Position numbers and translations under genes: made by a program. This document shows positions 62,452 to 64,000 of a stretch of DNA of 64,000 nucleotides, one piece after another; position 1 is the stretch's first letter; every line of letters starts with the position of its first letter. The DNA is from Gemmatimonadota bacterium. GTDB taxonomy: Bacteria; Gemmatimonadota; Gemmatimonadetes; Gemmatimonadales; GWC2-71-9. The stretch covers positions 17,499-81,498 of the forward strand of contig JAJCZX010000003.1 of assembly GCA_029262195.1 (NCBI GenBank), written 5' to 3'. Below the pieces are notes generated by a model. The model was not told where the DNA came from. It saw only the letters and a program-made list of their open reading frames with translations, and did no database searches.

Positions 62452-62910
62452 TCAACAGCCAGGCCTTCGGTAGCCGGGCCAATGCTCTCGGCAGCTGCTC
62501 CCTTTTTCTTTTTCTTGCTCGCCCCCGCCGACCCCGAGTTCTCCGATCCCAGCGGCCAACCCCACTCCGATGGCGACGAAAATATAGAGGGCATCGGCTG
62601 TGTCGCTCAGGGAACTACGGAATCGTACGCCTGCCACGGCTCCTGCGAGGCTGAAAGCCAGGGCAACGCTGTTTTTTACCATTACTACGATCCCGGCCAC
62701 GGCGGTTGGGTGCAGATAAGCAGAACTCCAGCGAGCATGTTTTGCCTCGGTTACATACGAAAACGCTGAGCGACTTCCCATTTTACCTGTGACCAGACCC
62801 GATGTCTGTCGTAATTGGGACAAGGTTAGGGTGGAGAACCAGGCCGTTGTTGGAATGCCGACAGCGCCCCAACCTCGCCCGGATACATTGCACTGATCGG
62901 ACTCGCACAC
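62452..62910 (-). CDS. DUF4956-like membrane protein fragment (possibly truncated or decayed)
   Basis: The core ALAFSLAGAVAGVRFRSSLSDTADALYIFVAIGVGLAAG resembles the DUF4956 signature. The N- and C-terminal parts look non-membrane or low-complexity. Confidence 0.3.
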   Translation of the reverse strand: MCESDQCNVSGRGWGAVGIPTTAWFSTLTLSQLRQTSGLVTGKMGSRSAFSYVTEAKHARWSSAYLHPTAVAGIVVMVKNSVALAFSLAGAVAGVRFRSSLSDTADALYIFVAIGVGLAAGIGELGVGGGEQEKEKGSSCREHWPGYRRPGC

Positions 62911-63014
62911 GATCCAGATTTCTTGACGGGTCTGTAGCTGAGCGTCAATTTCATTGAGAGTTGAGCCTCAGTGTTTTTGTGACTCTATTACTAAATCAGG
63001 CAACTTTAACAAGA

Positions 63015-63737
63015 ATGGCTGGCGACCTTTTAGTGGTGGACAAATCCGAATTAGCCGAGGCCCAGAAACTGGCCCTCTTCGACAACGTTCCAGAAGACAT
63101 CGCCATCGATTTTTTGGCGACCCATAAACCCCGTAACTACAAAGCCGACCAGACAATCTTTACGGCGTACGACGGCCACGAGTCTCTCTATCTTCTACTT
63201 CGGGGAGTTGTGAAAACGTACGTGGTTTCGTCGCAGGGCATGGAACAGATCACTCATTTGTTCTATCCGGGGGAGGCATTCGGCGGACTCTTTTTCGGAG
63301 TTGACCAGGACCCTGCTCCGTGGGCTACAGCGCTCGACGAAGTGAGGCTGATTGCGTTGAATCGGGTCGGTTTCAGGCGCATGATGGTGACGTTCCCCGA
63401 TGTCTGCATGAATGTTTTTCGGTATCTGGTAGAACATCACAATCAGGACATGCGTCGTCTCCAAACCCTCATTCATACCAAGGCCGGTGATCGTTTGGTG
63501 ATGACATTGCTGCACCTGAGTGCGCGTCAGGGCGATGAGGATTGTGAGACCTTTACTATCAGGCCCCGCCTGACTCACGAGACATTGGCCAACATGATCG
63601 GCGTGGTCAGAAGCACTCTGTCAGAACTCATGACGTCTCTGCGACGCCGTGGGATTCTGATTTCGCGCGGTCGGGAGATCACCGTAGACCGACGGGCGGC
63701 GGAGAAGTTCCTCCGCGATTCTGCAAGCGGCGAATGA
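63015..63737 (+). CDS. Crp/Fnr family transcriptional regulator
   Basis: cNMP-binding-like beta-roll (LFYPGEAFGG) and a C-terminal HTH (ETLANMIGVVRSTLSELMTSLRRRGIL). I prefer the ATG at 63015. Confidence 0.8.
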   Translation: MAGDLLVVDKSELAEAQKLALFDNVPEDIAIDFLATHKPRNYKADQTIFTAYDGHESLYLLLRGVVKTYVVSSQGMEQITHLFYPGEAFGGLFFGVDQDPAPWATALDEVRLIALNRVGFRRMMVTFPDVCMNVFRYLVEHHNQDMRRLQTLIHTKAGDRLVMTLLHLSARQGDEDCETFTIRPRLTHETLANMIGVVRSTLSELMTSLRRRGILISRGREITVDRRAAEKFLRDSASGE

Positions 63738-63822
63738 ACTCAAACGGGGCCGCAATTGTTTCCCTTGAGCACGGATTGGCCCGGGCAAAAAATATTGCTG
63801 GTTCACGAGATTGGGGAGTTGT

Positions 63823-64000
63823 ATGACTAAGGATTTGGATTGGTACAAAGTGTTGGAACATGACGAACTGGCCGAGGGTCGCGTCAAGACCGTGACCGCC
63901 GGGCATGATCAGATTTGCATGACCCGTTTTGAGGGCGCCTATTCAGCCCTTTGCAACGCATGTCCCCACCAGGGCGGTCCTCTTGGTGAGGGATCGATAG
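63823..64000 (+). CDS. Rieske [2Fe-2S] domain protein (NirD-like), 5' part only, truncated by the window end
   Basis: My own translation: MTKDLDWYKVLEHDELAEGRVKTVTAGHDQICMTRFEGAYSALCNACPHQGGPLGEGSI, which contains Rieske box 1 (CPHQGGPL). GGGGAG Shine-Dalgarno upstream. Absent from the ORF track because no stop codon falls within the window. Confidence 0.7.
   Translation, partial: MTKDLDWYKVLEHDELAEGRVKTVTAGHDQICMTRFEGAYSALCNACPHQGGPLGEGSI

Noticed and set aside
62308-62769. 153-aa plus-strand ORF
   Set aside because: It runs antisense to the DUF4956-like core, which has the recognisable family signature. It also overlaps the 5' end of the 61990..62406 gene on the opposite strand.
1-64000. 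Mobile elements, prophage genes, CRISPR arrays, rRNA/tRNA genes, and toxin-antitoxin or known defence-system signatures
   Set aside because: I found no transposase, integrase or recombinase motifs and no direct-repeat/spacer periodicity. No tRNA-like cloverleaf was evident in the intergenic regions I examined. The sulfur locus is flanked by ordinary chromosomal genes, with no obvious island boundaries.

Overview
This window looks like a chromosomal segment of a diderm bacterium. It carries rho, ruvX, mltG, an Omp85-family protein, lipoproteins and outer-membrane beta-barrels. It is moderately GC-rich by eye. I saw no rRNA, tRNA, CRISPR array, transposase or integrase.

Left third (1-35 kb): housekeeping and envelope genes. 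These include an M14 peptidase, tdh-kbl, a NuoG-type formate dehydrogenase alpha subunit, a Lys/Ala-rich histone-H1-like protein, a CDF transporter, thiE, mltG-ruvX-rho, an M50 protease, an osmoprotectant ABC transporter, MscS, fprA, a 1-Cys peroxiredoxin, a GPH-type MFS transporter, a GH20 hexosaminidase with a PA14 domain, and a membrane-anchored MutS-like ATPase.

Main feature (36.0-58.3 kb): a divergent supercluster of about 22 kb that I read as a type II sHdr-LbpA (heterodisulfide-reductase-like, lipoate-binding-protein) cytoplasmic sulfur-oxidation system.
- Rightward: an ArsR-type regulator, then tusA-dsrE-shdrC1-B1-A-H, an HdrC/HdrB fusion, etfBA, a membrane Etf:quinone oxidoreductase (Emo-like), two tandem GcvH-like lbpA genes, a second dsrE, and a molybdoenzyme. 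The molybdoenzyme has its FeS and NrfD subunits fused and its catalytic subunit lacks a Tat signal, which suggests a SoeABC-like cytoplasmic sulfite dehydrogenase.
- Leftward: a third lbpA, two LipS-type radical-SAM genes, two LplA-like ligase paralogs, and a translationally coupled B12-binding radical-SAM gene. That last gene is not part of the described lipoate-assembly pathway.
- The two intergenic control regions share a 15-nt motif placed at or near predicted promoters.
- A TauE/SafE sulfite-exporter-family gene lies just downstream.

Secondary items: a promoter-plus-terminator-bounded candidate sRNA or leader (8.7-8.9 kb), a stand-alone HisKA/DHp mini-protein, and an intercistronic G-quadruplex motif.

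All family calls come from motifs read by eye. No database search was possible.
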